NCBI RefSeq assembly: GCF_006345805.1 | Contig: NC_043026.1 | Location: 4,402,001-4,466,000 of the forward strand | Direction: 5' to 3' | Length of the DNA: 64,000 nucleotides | Origin: Octopus sinensis | Lineage: Eukaryota | In this document: positions 23,116-37,502 of the stretch, piece by piece | How the letters are laid out: each line of letters starts with the position of its first letter | Numbering within the stretch: the stretch's first letter is position 1 | Translations under genes and position numbers: made by a program | Notes under the pieces: generated by a model | The model's input: the letters and a program-made list of their open reading frames with translations, nothing else | What the model was told of the DNA's origin: nothing | Database searches by the model: none

Positions 23116-23499
23116 GAATTAGAAAAGCCTGACAGGGAAAGAGGGGTCATTATCCCATTGTAGGAAGGTAAAGGGGACTACCACAACTGCAACAATAAAA
23201 AGGGCTGTTTCTCTCCTCTCAGCAGTCAGGTTTCCCACCAAAGAGGTCAATACTGAAAACGCAAGGACTTTAAAGGCTGAAGGAAAAAATACCAAAAAAA
23301 AACAAAAGAAATAAATTACTCATTTTGCCCCACTTACTTATTTTTGTTCCCTTTCTCTATATCAAGAGATAAACATTCGATGCAGAAAGTGGTGTAGATG
23401 TTCTTCGGTTTCTATTTGGCTGTCTTCATATTTATTATGGTTGAATGAGATATTCCCACAAAGATATTATATTTAAATTGACCTAATATGTTGGGACTG

Positions 23500-23895
23500 A
23501 CATGTGCCCTTCATTTTACCATCTTACAAACAATAACTCTGAGCACCTTTTCGAACTCCACCTGTCTAACACCCGTGGACATGTTTATAAAATCAGAAAA
23601 CAGCACAGCTCTCATGACTTTAGGAAACATTTTTTCACGCTGAGAGTTGCTGAAGCATGGAACAAACTGCCGGCATCAGTTGTTAGTTGTTGGAGCACTG
23701 CATCCTTCAAAACTTCCATGCTTCCTGAGATTCGCCAACACTACACCTGATTTTCTCCCCTCCATATACACGCAAGCATGTATCTGACTCATACATTGTT
23801 CGCTTCCCAGACATTTGTACATCACTGCATACACTTCATTACACACTTTTGACAAGTTGTGGTGCACCTGAACACTGTATACAATAATTTCATTA
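23500..23895 (+). mobile_element. CR1-type LINE 3' end
   Basis: ORF 23502-23750 reads NTRGHVYKI...RKHFFTLRVAEAWNKLP..VV....ASFK, followed by the 3'UTR and an ATT tail. Confidence 0.85.
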
Positions 23896-24717
23896 TTATA
23901 ACTTAAACCTGATTTCTTTTACTACTTGCTGTTGATAAAATGACAAGAGCGGTCAAATACCTTTCCTGGAGACGTATTAAAGCGTCAATTCCAAAGATAT
24001 TTTCATTTGGTTCTCGTTCATTTTTCCAAATTCAATTCCATATAAATACTTGAGAGTAATTTCCCTTCGTCATAAAAGATCCAGGTGATTAAACGGGAAG
24101 GCGGCCCTAAATTCCGGTCTGAAAGCTATGTCCCACAGAGATGACAAGAATTAAAGCACCTCTCTGTTTCGTTCAGACAAATCTGAAGCTAGTACAAGAC
24201 TTATGACGGCATTCCTTCGACATAACTCGACAAAAATCAAAACATTTCACTTCGGATATTTCCGTGGAAGCAAATGACAGTTCGATTCTGTTTGGAAATT
24301 TGCGGATTTTACATACACACATGAAACGGGTGTAGAACGAATATGCAAGGCTTTCTTTCTTCGAGGTTATACCCTTATGACTTCTGGTCATTATCGAGGA
24401 AAGCAACGTCGGGTATCTTTAATTTTACAACAAGAACTGTATGTGGGAATGAGTAGCTTCCAGAAAGCACGCGATCCACTAAGTAAAAATTGGAAAAAAA
24501 GGCCCAGGATTTCATAACATCCCACGGAAGTTTCCAGAAATGTCCATTAGAATAATTCTGGCTAAAACCTACAATAATTTCAGTTTAAATCTTTCTAACC
24601 AATGTCATAATGGTGAGAAAATAAGGAGAAATTACTCATTTTGCCCCGCTTACTTATTTCGTCCCCTTCCTTGTATCAAGAAACGAACATTCGATAAATT
24701 ATAATAAAACATTCGTT

Positions 24718-24843
24718 TCTCAACATTTCTGGGGTTGGAGTTTATTTTAAGAATATTTCTCCAACTAAAACACACAACAAACAAACGTGGAAACGATGGA
24801 GCGTGTAGAAGGTTGCCGCCATAGCTAGAAATAGCAGCCAAAT
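24718..24843 (-). promoter_or_regulatory. Conserved upstream block of ZNF-A, probably a 5' exon/promoter-proximal element; contains ATTTGGCTGCTATTTCTAGCTATGGCGGC
   Basis: Nearly identical block upstream of ZNF-B at 33281-33396 and 46510-46625, same orientation relative to the gene. Function is inferred. Confidence 0.5.
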
Positions 24844-25225
24844 GTGGAACAAAATCTGATACACAAAGTATTGAAAGATTAAATGTTTCCATTGTTTAAT
24901 ACTTACGGAAATGTCTTTATAAAGGATGGTGTTGTTGTTGTTGTTATGAGGGCGTCGGGTGGTAGAGAAATGTTTTAGAAATGTATTGCCGAGTGAATTA
25001 ATAGAAATTCTGGCGCCAAACAAGCTTGTCAAGATGTAATGAATAGAAGCGGAAATAGGCTTAGTGCGCATGCGTATGTAATAGGTGTGTGTGATATTCA
25101 CATTTTGGCACAAGGCCAGCAATTTCAGGGGAGGGGAGGGTGCGTAAGTCGATTGCCGCGGACCTCAGTTGTTAACTGGTATTTATTTTATTGAACCCCA
25201 GCAAAAAGGTGAAAGGCAAACTTTA

Positions 25226-25972
25226 TTTCGATCTTTTCGCTTTGACCGGCAGATTTTTAAAATAATTTCCACGTAACTAAACACTTTTAAACTTCGTATA
25301 CTGGTAGAATGTGTTTATAAAACAACCTTTTTCTCTTGGCTTTCTTGAGAAAATTCTGTAGTTTGTAAGCTAATTGTTGTTTAATTTCTTGCATTTCGGC
25401 AATTTCAACCAATCAATGACGTCTATTGAGGTGAATTCAATTTCTGCCGTAAACATTTTCTGGCGGTGTCATATGAAAATGTCCCTGTTATTTATGAGAA
25501 AAAAGATACCCTGTGGCCATAAACTGAGGGGTCACTCGTAAACAGAGCTGGATAACAAAAGTGTTCCCTCTTTAGTGTCCACCCATAATTATGACCCTAG
25601 TTTCGATCTATTGCATTTCAATCTGTTTTAGGGTTAGGGTTAGGGTTAGATTTGGGTGAGGGTTAGGATTAGGGGTGGGGGGAAGGGTATCTTTTTTTCT
25701 TCAGGAATGTAAATAAACCCAATCTGTTTCTTAAATGAATATATAATATGTAATGTGTGTATCTGTGCAACAGAGAGGGAAATTAAAACTGCTTCTGTTG
25801 TGAACTTAGAATATGTGTTATTAATAAAAGTTTAATAACGATAATCTTTTATTCATACGAACTTCACTGATACGCAAATATGTCATAAATAACAGTGACA
25901 AATTCGTATGACACGGCCAGAAAATGTTGTTGACACACTTATGGCAGAAATTGAATTCACCTCGATAGACGT
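25226..25972. mobile_element. Non-autonomous DNA-element remnant with inner inverted arms (25419-25492 / 25888-25972) and a short (TTAGGG)n core
   Basis: The arms are reverse complements. The outer segment 25226-25370 matches the reverse complement of 36320-36457 and 50100-50240. Confidence 0.65.
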
Positions 25973-26399
25973 TTGTAATCTATGACATTTGGAAGATATT
26001 TATATCAAATTTCATTTAGAAAAACCCACTTTCCTAAAAGTTATGAGGCAAAAACTTGCATCTTGTGAATTTTCCCAACTACTCACCTGTTGCTTTCCGC
26101 GCATTTTTGTTTTCATATTCCTTTCCTACACATTTTTTTACACCTGTTGCACAATTTTTTCTTTTTTTTCCCTTTCCTGGTAATATTGTAAACATTAATC
26201 AAAGACCCTTTTGCAGAAAGTGTGCGTGAAGTTTCTGAAAATTTGCAAACGTTAGGTTTTGTTTCTCGTAAATTTCAGAGAAAATAAGAAAATATTCTAT
26301 AGCTACTTTCCAGAGTGTGTAGATTAGATTATATTGGACTTTAATAACAAAAATTCAAGAAATCTGGTTGGCTCCTATACATGATGGCTGCCCCCTCGT

Positions 26400-26770
26400 T
26401 ATCGAGTATGGCCATTGCACGAAGCTTAACTGTTACCGGTGCTGTGATCAGATGTGACTTTTTAGCCCAGCTAAAGATCTACAATGTCTTGTACAGAATT
26501 GGCAGCCAAAACCTTTACCGGCAATAGCCGGCTGTAGTTGTAACTGGGCTTCATGTACCTTTGCATGTCGTTTAAGTCCTCCTGCCGAATTACTCTCTCT
26601 TCCACATGCCTGACAGATATATGATTAGAATGGTGTGTTACACCACCACCACCAGTGGCCAGGTTGTCACTCATTTGTCTTGCTTTATGACTACGAACAT
26701 GACACTTGAGTCCAGCTTTACTGAGGCAGGGTCTTGCACAGACACTGCATGTCAGCATCATAGGAAGACC
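26400..26770 (-). mobile_element. Probable LINE (RTE-like) C-terminal zinc-finger fragment
   Basis: LTCSVCARPCLSKAGLKCHVRSH plus a second CxxC..GGLKRH motif. No TGEKP linkers, unlike the cluster ZNFs. Confidence 0.45.
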
Positions 26771-27113
26771 CTATACCCTATAGGCTCCTATACATACATA
26801 GGAAGACCCTATACCCTATAGGCTCTTATACATACATCACAATTTTTTTCGAAATTTCTAGTTTTATTGTAAGGTATGTGTTAGTAAGTATAGATCTCAT
26901 CTTGCATAAGAAAATCTGATATAATTGTAATCTACACCATCTGAAGGGCATTTCTAGAAAATTTCCTGAAGAATTACCTATTTTTCGGAATGTTATGATG
27001 AAAGAAATGCAACAAGTGTTCTTTCCCGAAACACATACGCCACCCTCAGAAAATACATTTTCTAAACAAATTCTGAGATAATCAGAATCTACATTATCTG
27101 AATAGTATTTATA

Positions 27114-27290
27114 GGCGCAGGAGTGGCGGTGGGTGTGGTAAGTAGCTTGCTAACCAACCACATGGTTCCGGGTTCAGTCCCACTGCGTGGCATCTTGGGC
27201 AAGTGTCTTCTGCTATAGCCCCGGGCCGACCAAAGCCTTGTGAGTGGATTTGGTAGACGGAAACTGAAAGAAGCCGTCGTCGTATATATG

Positions 27291-27325
<35 letters not shown>

Positions 27326-27556
27326 ATATATCTGTATGTGTGTATGTTTTGTGTCTGTGTTTGTCTGTTAGCATTGCTTGACAACCGATGCTGGTGTGTT
27401 TACGTCCCCGTAACTTAGCGGTTCGGCAAAAGAGACCGATAGAATAAGTACTGGGCTTACAAAGAATAAGTCCCGGGGTCGATTTGCTCGACTAAAGGCG
27501 GTGCTCCAGCATGGCCGCAGTCAAATGACTGAAACAAGTAAAAGAGTAAAAAGAGA
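27114..27556 (+). mobile_element. Octopus-type tRNA-derived SINE, full length
   Basis: Same head, (TA)n middle and AAAAGAG tail as the other copies. Confidence 0.9.
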
Positions 27557-27875
27557 GAGTATAGAAAGTTTAATTAAAAATTATCACTTTCTGTGGAAGT
27601 TGTGAGGAAACAAAGGGGGGGCGGGGCATACATTTGTAGGTGGGCTGGAATTTGAACTCAAATGGACGAAATACTGCTTAGCATTTTCATTGCAGATAGC
27701 AGGGTCACACAAATGACCCCTGTGTCAGTGGCACGTAAATGCACCCATTACACTCTTGGAAAAGTTGGCATCCAGCTGTTGAAACCCTGCCAAATAAGAC
27801 TGGAGTCAGGTGCTGCCTTCCATTTCACTAGCCCCACTCCAACCCAATCCATCATGGACAACAGATGTTAAAAGA

Positions 27876-27948
<73 letters not shown>

Positions 27949-28377
27949 AGAGATATAAGAAAATTATTGACAAACATCCTTACAGCTGTTTCAATTACGG
28001 ATGTTCAGAAAATTAATAAAATTAAAAATCATTGGGAAGTCGAATTTCCTCTGCAGTCATTTACTCAATAAATCAGTAATTGAATGCCTATTTTCTATAA
28101 CGAGATTCGACTTTCAAATAATCTTTAATTTTATTGATTACTTTTCTGAAGGTTTGGAATCGAAACAGCTGTAAGGGATGTTTGTCATTTTTCAATTCAA
28201 AAATAATAACTTATTAATTACCTCTCTATCTTCTTACAATGAATAAATATATATAAACCACGGTTTATATAGTTGCTTGCAGTTGAGTATTAAATGTAAT
28301 GATCAACATTCCTTGTATCGGTAACTAACCAGTGCTTTCATAGGATTTTGCTATCCCTTAATGAGGTTTCTAACCTT

Positions 28378-28440
<63 letters not shown>

Positions 28441-28469
28441 ATATATATATATATAGGTATATATTTATA

Positions 28470-28790
28470 GACATCATCATCATCATTGTTCGAGACAATG
28501 GAATTTACTGTGTTTCGCCAGACTTCACGGTCCATCATAGCATTACGGATGGTCCTGTTGCTGGATGCCTGTATCCCTGGAGATTACATCAGGGTAGGAG
28601 AGTGTGCGCCCTCTGGTATCGCAAGCAGATGGCTTCCAGAGGAGAAGAGTAGAAATTCCCTCGTTTTCAGCTCTACAACAATGTCCAGCCAACTGGACTC
28701 TTCTACTTTCACAAGAGATGACACAGGTGGTAGTTTCCCATATATTTGCACTTTGGTTGGATGACGCTTCCACCAGAGATTTTGATTTTT
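28470..28790 (-). mobile_element. RTE/RTE-X-like LINE 3' end with (GAT)n tail
   Basis: RRVQLAGHCCRA...STLLLWKPS...RGRTLSYPDVISRDTG...NAMMDREVWRNTVNSI. Confidence 0.75.
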
Positions 28791-30789
28791 ACAGACATAC
28801 ACATACAAGCACAAGGGTGTTGTCTATAAGGACTTTGCACGTAGGAGTAACTTCATCACCACACACCACTGCCATGGGCTGTAATCTTCTCAACCGTATT
28901 CTACCCTCCCACTTCAACGGGTCCAATATTAAACTGCTTCCCTTTTTCATATCATTCCCATTGTTTCAATACCCCAACCCATTTTCATTTACCCAAAGAA
29001 CTGCACCCCTCATGAACCCTCCCACCCGTACCCCATATTCTTCTTCTTGTCCACTTCAATACAGATTCAGCTCAGCATATATTGACCTCATCCAGTTGCT
29101 CTTAACCCTTTTGTCACTAACTCGGCCAGCCCCGGCTCTGGCTCTGTGGTAAAATGTCTTCTTTTCGTAAGTTCTGAATTAAAATCTTCCACCAAACCTT
29201 AGTCACAATTTATATTCCTAACACTAGCTTAATGATAACTAAGTTATTTTACTAAATTCTTTGTTATATTCAAAATAATTGAAAGAAACTCAGAGCATCT
29301 CAAAATAAATACAGTAACGAAGGAGTTAATTTTGCATCATCTTTGTTTGTGTTGCTGTGTGTTTCTTTCATCTTTTAATTCTTTCAGTCATTTGGCTGTG
29401 GCCATGCTGGGGCACCGCCTCGAAGAGATTTTATTCAAATAAATCCACCCTAGTACTTGTCTTTTTGTTAAGCCTGGTGCATATTCTATCAGTCCCTTTT
29501 GCTGAACTGCTATGTCACGAGAACGCACACAGACCACCACCAGTTGTCAAGCAATACTGAAAGACAAACACAAAGATGTATATAGATACGTATATATATA
29601 TATATATATATATATAATGAGTGTTGGTTATGAGTTTTATTTAAGTTAGCTGTGGCTGGTTCATCTTGATGTAGCTGTGTGTTGGTTCTGCATTAACTGG
29701 TCTAGTCTGTCTGCCTGGGGTTACCTTTATATAAACAAATGACAAGAAGAACCAGGTAAATTCAATGCAACTGTTTTTTATTACAACCCTTTATAAAAAT
29801 ACATGGCAAATGTCTTACAAATTGTGAAGTAACAGGTTTTGCAAGCTTTAACGAACTCTATCTGGAACAGTGGGAGTTGTATCACAGTTGAAATTCTGTA
29901 GCATTTTCATGGCTTGGTTCTGTTTGTTGTGCAGCATCGGTTATTCCGATCTCATCTCTCCTTTCTTCTCTCCGCTAAAGGCGTGAGGGACCATTCCTTA
30001 TGTAATGACTTGTGGACAGGAAGAGAATTTTTCTGTACTGGGATAAAAACTGTTGCTCAAACACCGGTTGGGTGGATAAGGCCCTTTGACATTTGGAACA
30101 GATTTAGTCCAACCCTAATCGCATGATCAATGTTGACAATACTGAAATACACACATCATCCAATGTCCGTTGTCCATTTTGGCGTGGGTTGCATAGTTTG
30201 ACCAGGGTTGGCAAGCAGGAAGGCTGGACCGGACACTAATCTAAGTTGGCATGATTGCTACGGATGAATACTCTTCCTAACACCAACCACTCTGAGAGTG
30301 TAATGGATGCCTTAGACCACCAACACCAGTCTCTGCCACAACACCAATTTCGCTTGGCTTGATAGGTCTTCTTCTCAGTTGACCTCGGTGCCACACAGTT
30401 TCATAACAAGATTCAAAATCTGGAAAAAGCTACTTCTATTAAAAAAAGGAACCCACAGTCTTTTTACGTGTTGTGACATAAACTACAGAGTTGGGAGATG
30501 GTTGCCACACACTGTTCTACCTCCTCTCTGGTGTGAATACATTTACAGTTAGAAAGATTGTCCCTTTTATTTTTTCTTCTTTGGCATAGAAGGAACTCTT
30601 ACAATTACAGCAATTCCCAATTCCCTGATGAATAGCTTGGTTATTGCCATGGAGAAAGCCCACAACAGTACCACCAATTTAGGAGGAGCTGAAAATGCTT
30701 ATGGTTCTTAAAATGGTCACATTGGTAGTCATACATCTATACCAATAGTTATACATTTAGTTAACACCAAAAGTACTGAGCAGTCATTT

Positions 30790-32332
<1,543 letters not shown>

Positions 32333-32904
32333 TATTTTTCTTCAAAAATCACAGTATATAATCTTTTTACACCTTTTTGATTCTATAGTCTTTTGTTTCC
32401 AAATATTTCGACTGCTCTATTTCTGTCCATTATCACCTTTGTCCCAAAGCTCTTTAGTAAATTTATCCAAGTTTAATTTGCACAAAGACTCATCTTGTAG
32501 ACACTCCAGCCAGTGATGTCCAGAAGGTTTGCTAATAACACCTTTCAGAGTAAATATATCAGAGGAATTCCACTGTAGATTTAGAGAAACAATCTTATAT
32601 ATCTGTTCTCTACAATATTTCCATTTTGGTCTTTAAAAGATGATAAATAATGAGAATGTATCTTCAGTTATGCCGATGTCATCTGATATTCTGAAATAAT
32701 AAAGAAACAACAGTGTAAGATAGAGAGGCTACTTAAAATATACAGATTCAACATTACTAAAGAGATAAACACAAGAAATAAACATTTAAATGAACAACAG
32801 AACTTTCTAATTTATTAAAATTTACATCAGAAAATCTTTTGTGAAGCTAACAGATTTCTAAACTCCAGCTACACATTCACACACACACACATATATTGGG
32901 CTTC

Positions 32905-33270
32905 TTCCAGTTTCTTATTTCTTTACTACCCACAAGGGGCTAAACACAAAGGGGACAAACAAGGACAGTCAAACGGATTAAGTTGATTACATCGACTCCA
33001 GTGCGTAAATGGTACTTATTTAATCGACCCCGAAAGGATGAAAGGCAAAGTCAACCCTGGCGGAATTTGAACTCAGAACGTAGCAGCAGACGAAATACCT
33101 ATTTCTTTACTAGCCACAAGGGGTTAAACACAGAGAGGTCAGATAAATGGATTAAGTCGATTACATCGACCCCAGTGCGTAACTGGTACTTATTTAATCG
33201 ATCCCAGTGCGTAATTGGTACTTATTTAATCGACCCCGAAAGGCAAAGTCGACCCTGGTGGAATTTTTCT
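32905..33270 (-). mobile_element. Two tandem partial copies of a third SINE family (ATCGACCCCGAAAGGATGAAAGGCAAAGTC type)
   Basis: Recurs at 46140-46490, 35740-35845, 49525-49630 and 25145-25225. Confidence 0.7.
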
Positions 33271-34762
33271 CAATTGTTTTCTCAACATTTCTGGGGTTGG
33301 AGATTATTTTAAGAATATTCTCCATCTAAAACACACAACAAACAAACGATGGAGCGTGTAGAAGGTTGCCGCCATAGCTAGAAATAGCAGCCAAATAACC
33401 GTAAGATTGCCTAGATAAAGATAAATAGACAGAGATAGGATGAGAGAGATAGAGATAGAGGGAGAGATGGTAGGTCTACTGTTTAGTGCCCCACTGAATT
33501 TTTTCCTCATAATTTTCAGAAAAATACATATTATTAACGAAATTTTGAAGAAATACATTTTAAAGTCGTTTTGAATGATAATATTCCTTTTACGGCCTTA
33601 TTCCGCTGTATTTTGTTTAATAAAATATGTAAGAAAAAAAATGTGGAGCAAGATTTAGATGTTTCAGCTTCATCCGAGCCTACAATTCCGAAAGTAGACA
33701 CACACCGAAAAGAAACAAACAGATTTTGACAAATTTTCTAAAAGGAAAAACAAATTAAAAGAACATAAAATATGCTTAATTTTTTGTTGCTTCATCGAAA
33801 TAAAAATTTCTTTACACAAACTTAATTGGAGCTCATTTTTCTCAATAATGTGCTCAAGGTTTTCTCAGTAGGATGTGCTTACTTTGAGATGGTAAATATG
33901 TTGTAAAGGTTTATTATTCGTCAAAAAGAAAAAACAATACATTCGTACAAACTTTTGTTGTCCAATAAAACACCCTCCACACAAAGCAAACTTTGTGGGG
34001 TTGCCGGTTTAGTCCCTGACAGCCCGACCATGCAAAAGGTTGTACTGGGTTACATGTTACCAGTAGCACTCGAAAGTCACCTGGCACACATATGTATATA
34101 TATATATATATTGATTTGAAAACCCCACTAAAATGGGAGAAAGCGCAAATACATGATCTAAGTTATATGATGTATAAAAACATGAAATATACAAATAAAT
34201 ATCTGTAAATATAAACCATCCGATTTTCTGAGTACCTCATTTCTTCTAATATAAAATACCTGTACATCATCTCCAAACCTTCCAATATATATATATATAT
34301 ATAAAGCATACCACTGGTATTTGAGTACTCTTTTTTCCACCTTGTTTCACATTTATGTGTTTACTCCGGTATATATATATATATATACATGTATGTATGT
34401 ATACACATATCCACACAAACTAATCTCTGTTGGTATTCGAGATACTTTCTTCCATTTTGCAGTTTCATGAAACAGTTCATCGAAATAAAAATCACTTTAC
34501 ACAAACTTAATTGGCGCTCATTTTTCTCAATAAAATGCTGCAAGTCTTCTCGATATGAGATCCTAAATAAAGCTGTGTAGGGTTTATACTCATGAAAAGA
34601 AAACCAAAAATTCCTTTGAAATGGGAAGGAACGAAAATTTGAGAAATTCTGGAAAAGAAGAAGAATAAAATAAAAGGCTTACCTTAATTATTTGTTGCCT
34701 CTTTCCTCGGTCGACATTTGAAAATCTTTGCAAGTTTTGAGAAGATGTCGTCTGCTCTGAAA

Positions 34763-34772
34763 GTCACGTGAC
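34763..34772. promoter_or_regulatory. Palindromic E-box GTCACGTGAC between the divergent ZNF-B and ZNF-C genes
   Basis: Exact match to the USF/TFE (CLEAR-type) extended E-box; retained in copy 2 at 48472-48481. Function untested. Confidence 0.35.
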
Positions 34773-35051
34773 ACTTAACACGCGCTTCCCCTCTCCCACT
34801 TCCACTTCTATTCTCACTCCCACTTCCACTCTCACTCCTTCCCTTACACGGGGTATGATGTGGGTAGTATACATATGGTGTATATTATATATTATATATA
34901 TATATATATATGTATGTATGTGTACATATATAATATATATATTATATATATATATATTATATATAATATATATATATATATGTATGTATATATATACGTA
35001 TATTTATGTCTGTCTGTATGTATCTCTTATTATAATATATATATATAAATA

Positions 35052-35246
35052 GTGGAACATGCCGTTTTATGGGGTACACTCGCTTTCTCGCTCATAAAGG
35101 GCTTAGCCTCACGGCGTATCTTCAGGCTCCAGAATAACTTAAAGAGGTCTCAGGCCAGCTGTGTTTAGGGTCTGAAGATACGCCGTAAGGTTAAAACCCT
35201 TATGAGCGAGAAACCCAGGGTAACCTTATAAACCAGCCTACCCCAC
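35052..35246. mobile_element. ~195-bp foldback MITE with TA flanks
   Basis: TTTCTCGCTCATAA.GGG...ACGGCGTATCTTCAG is mirrored across a ~40-nt loop; ends TA|GTGG ... CCAC|TA. Duplicate at 48884-49077. Confidence 0.7.
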
Positions 35247-35339
35247 TATAATATTAACTTAGAGCGCGGTTCTCCTTCGGGTTTATGTATTTCTATAAAC
35301 GAACCTATACACACATACATACACACATACATACATACA

Positions 35340-35371
<32 letters not shown>

Positions 35372-35852
35372 GACATACATAGATACATACACACACACAC
35401 ACATATATAAAACAGTACTGATGCATCATTATATATATATATATATACAATATATAATCTATATATCTCCATATCTAAATATCTGTATACCAATATACAC
35501 GTATCTAGGGTTATGGAAAAAAAGGAAAAATTAAGAAATGCGGAAAGTGGGTGCGAAATTTATGAATGCCAATTATTGGCAATTTTCCAGAATTTCCTTA
35601 TCCGAAAACGGGGTTTTTTGGCAAAAAATAAGAAAAAAAAAGGGAGAAAATTGGGGGTAGGGACGGGGGGAAGTCTTTCCTTCTTTTCTACTCTAGGCAC
35701 AAGGCCCCAAATTTTTCTTGGGTGGGTGGGGGGGGGGGCAGTCGATTAGATCGATCACCGTACACAACTTGTATTTAATGTATAGACTCCGAAAGGATGA
35801 AAGGAAAAGTCGTCCTTGGCGGGATTTGAACTCAAAACAGACAGACGAAATA

Positions 35853-35892
35853 CCGCATGCGCACAATCATACTTCCGTTTCCGTCATCAGCT
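35853..35892 (+). promoter_or_regulatory. Candidate core promoter cluster for ZNF-C: NRF1-like CGCATGCGCA, ETS-like CTTCCGTTTCCG, CRE half-site CGTCA
   Basis: CpG-containing motifs packed into 40 bp of otherwise CpG-poor DNA; duplicated at ~49636-49675. A similar GTGCGCATGCG lies at ~25065, upstream of ZNF-A. Confidence 0.35.
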
Positions 35893-36128
35893 GAAAAGTG
35901 TTCTTGTCATCAATATTTTGTAATATTTACAATTACACATTTATAATAACATGGCTCAACCACCACACACACACTTACAACAACTTCATCCTTTATAAAG
36001 AAGAAGATTTCCCTAAGTATTAAACTCGGAAAATATTCAATGTTTTTAAATCTGTAGACGATCGTTTGTTTGTTTTTTTTTGTCTCTTCTGTGTTTTATG
36101 GAAGAGAGACATCTTTGATTTGTGCGGG

Positions 36129-36290
36129 ATTTGGCTGCTATTTCTAGCTGTGGATGAGAGATGTTCACGATTTGTTCGAGATTTGGCTGCTATTTCTAGC
36201 TATGGATGAGAGACGTTCACGATCTGTTCGAGATTTGGCTGCTATTTCTAGCTGCGGATGAGAGATGTTCACGATCTGTTCGAGATTTGC
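36129..36290 (+). repeat. 52-bp minisatellite with core ATTTGGCTGCTATTTCTAGC (3 full units plus a partial)
   Basis: Cores at 36129, 36181 and 36233. Duplicate at ~49910-50070. Confidence 0.95.
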
Positions 36291-36820
36291 CGAAATGCTC
36301 GAAATTTCAGACGAAATATCTTACAAACTATAGAATTTTCTCAATAAAGCCAAGAGAAAATGATGTTTTATAAACACATTCTACCAGTATACGAAGTTTA
36401 AAAGTGTTTAGTTACCTAGAAATTATGTTACAAAGTGCCGTTCAAAAGGAAAAGATCCTTGGCTGCTATTTCTAGAATTATTTCTGCATTAGATTTCCGA
36501 ATGGGAAATCGGTGTCAGATAGTTGATTCGGTCATTGCTGTTCGTGACTTGACACAAAGAAACTCTATTCTTAGTGAGATTCGAGTCATAACAAATAGCA
36601 TGACATCGATTATGGAATTCCTTGCGTCTGTAGGACGAATACGAAATTCATCCGAGTGCTACAACGACTGGACGTTCCTGACACCGAGGAAAGGAACGTC
36701 CGAAGGAATGATGTGAAAACGTCCGGCTTGCAGGCGCAATCACAGTTTAAGAGAAAATCCATTGGACAGTATTATACTGCTTAATTATACTATGAATTCC
36801 ATAAAATTCAGTGTATAGTC

Positions 36821-37047
36821 GGTACTACTAGCGAACAGTGGTCCCGGTGCGCGCAGTCACGCATCCGCACTAGCTAGTCGTAAGTAGTCGATCCTACAAC
36901 GACTACCTAGCAAAGTAAATAAAACACAAAATAAATAATTTTTGTTAAACAAAGTAAATAAAACACAAAAACACAAAGTAAGGATCGGCTAGTCACGACT
37001 AGCTAGCGCGAGTGCCTGCACCGGGACCACTCTTCTTAAGTAGTACC
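36821..37047. mobile_element. MITE with GGTACTACT...CAGTGGTCCCGGTGC TIRs
   Basis: Imperfect ~60-bp inverted termini; related copies at 50621-50819 and 60752-61053. Confidence 0.8.
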
Positions 37048-37066
37048 TATCCATGATTTGTGCGAG

Positions 37067-37250
37067 ATTTGGCTGCTATTTCTAGAAATGTAAAGAGAGA
37101 TGTCTTTGTTTTGTGCGAGATTTGGCTGCTATTTTTAGCAATGGAAGAGAGATGTCTTTGTTTTGGGCGAGATTTGGCTGCTATTTCTAGCAATGTAAAG
37201 AGAGATGTCTTTGTTTTGTGCGAGATTTGGCTGCTATTTCTAGCTATGGA
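37067..37250 (+). repeat. 52-53-bp minisatellite with the same 20-bp core (4 units)
   Basis: Cores at 37067, 37120, 37172 and 37225. Confidence 0.95.
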
Positions 37251-37502
37251 TGTTATTACCTGCTCTTCTGCAGTTTAATCCAAATAATCTTACACAATGT
37301 GAAGGTGTAGCTGTGGTTTACAAATATGTAAGCTACACACAAGATTCTGGGATGTAAATTTTAATACATTAAAAAGTTCAGTTGTTCGGGTAAATGCTTA
37401 TTTCTAAAGTTTATCTCTGTAGAAATGTTGTCAATTTTCCACTGTTGAATCTGTATTTTGAAAGCAGCTTCTTTATCTTACACTGTTGTTTCTTTATTAG
37501 TT

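Noticed and set aside
23920-24560. Moderately GC-rich non-repetitive stretch, possible transposase remnant
   Set aside because: No recognisable motif in any frame I could read; left unannotated.
26757-26835. 40-bp direct tandem duplication (CATAGGAAGACCCTATACCCTATAGGCTC.TATACATA)
   Set aside because: Real, but a single local slippage at the edge of a LINE fragment with no further structure.
35940-36010. Possible second Helitron 5' end on the minus strand (ATCTTCTTCTTTATAAAGGATGAAGTTG)
   Set aside because: No matching hairpin-CTAG 3' end found.
36129-37250. CRISPR-like repeat-spacer appearance of the 52-bp arrays
   Set aside because: The spacers are homologous to each other, the context is eukaryotic and there are no cas genes. 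It is a minisatellite.
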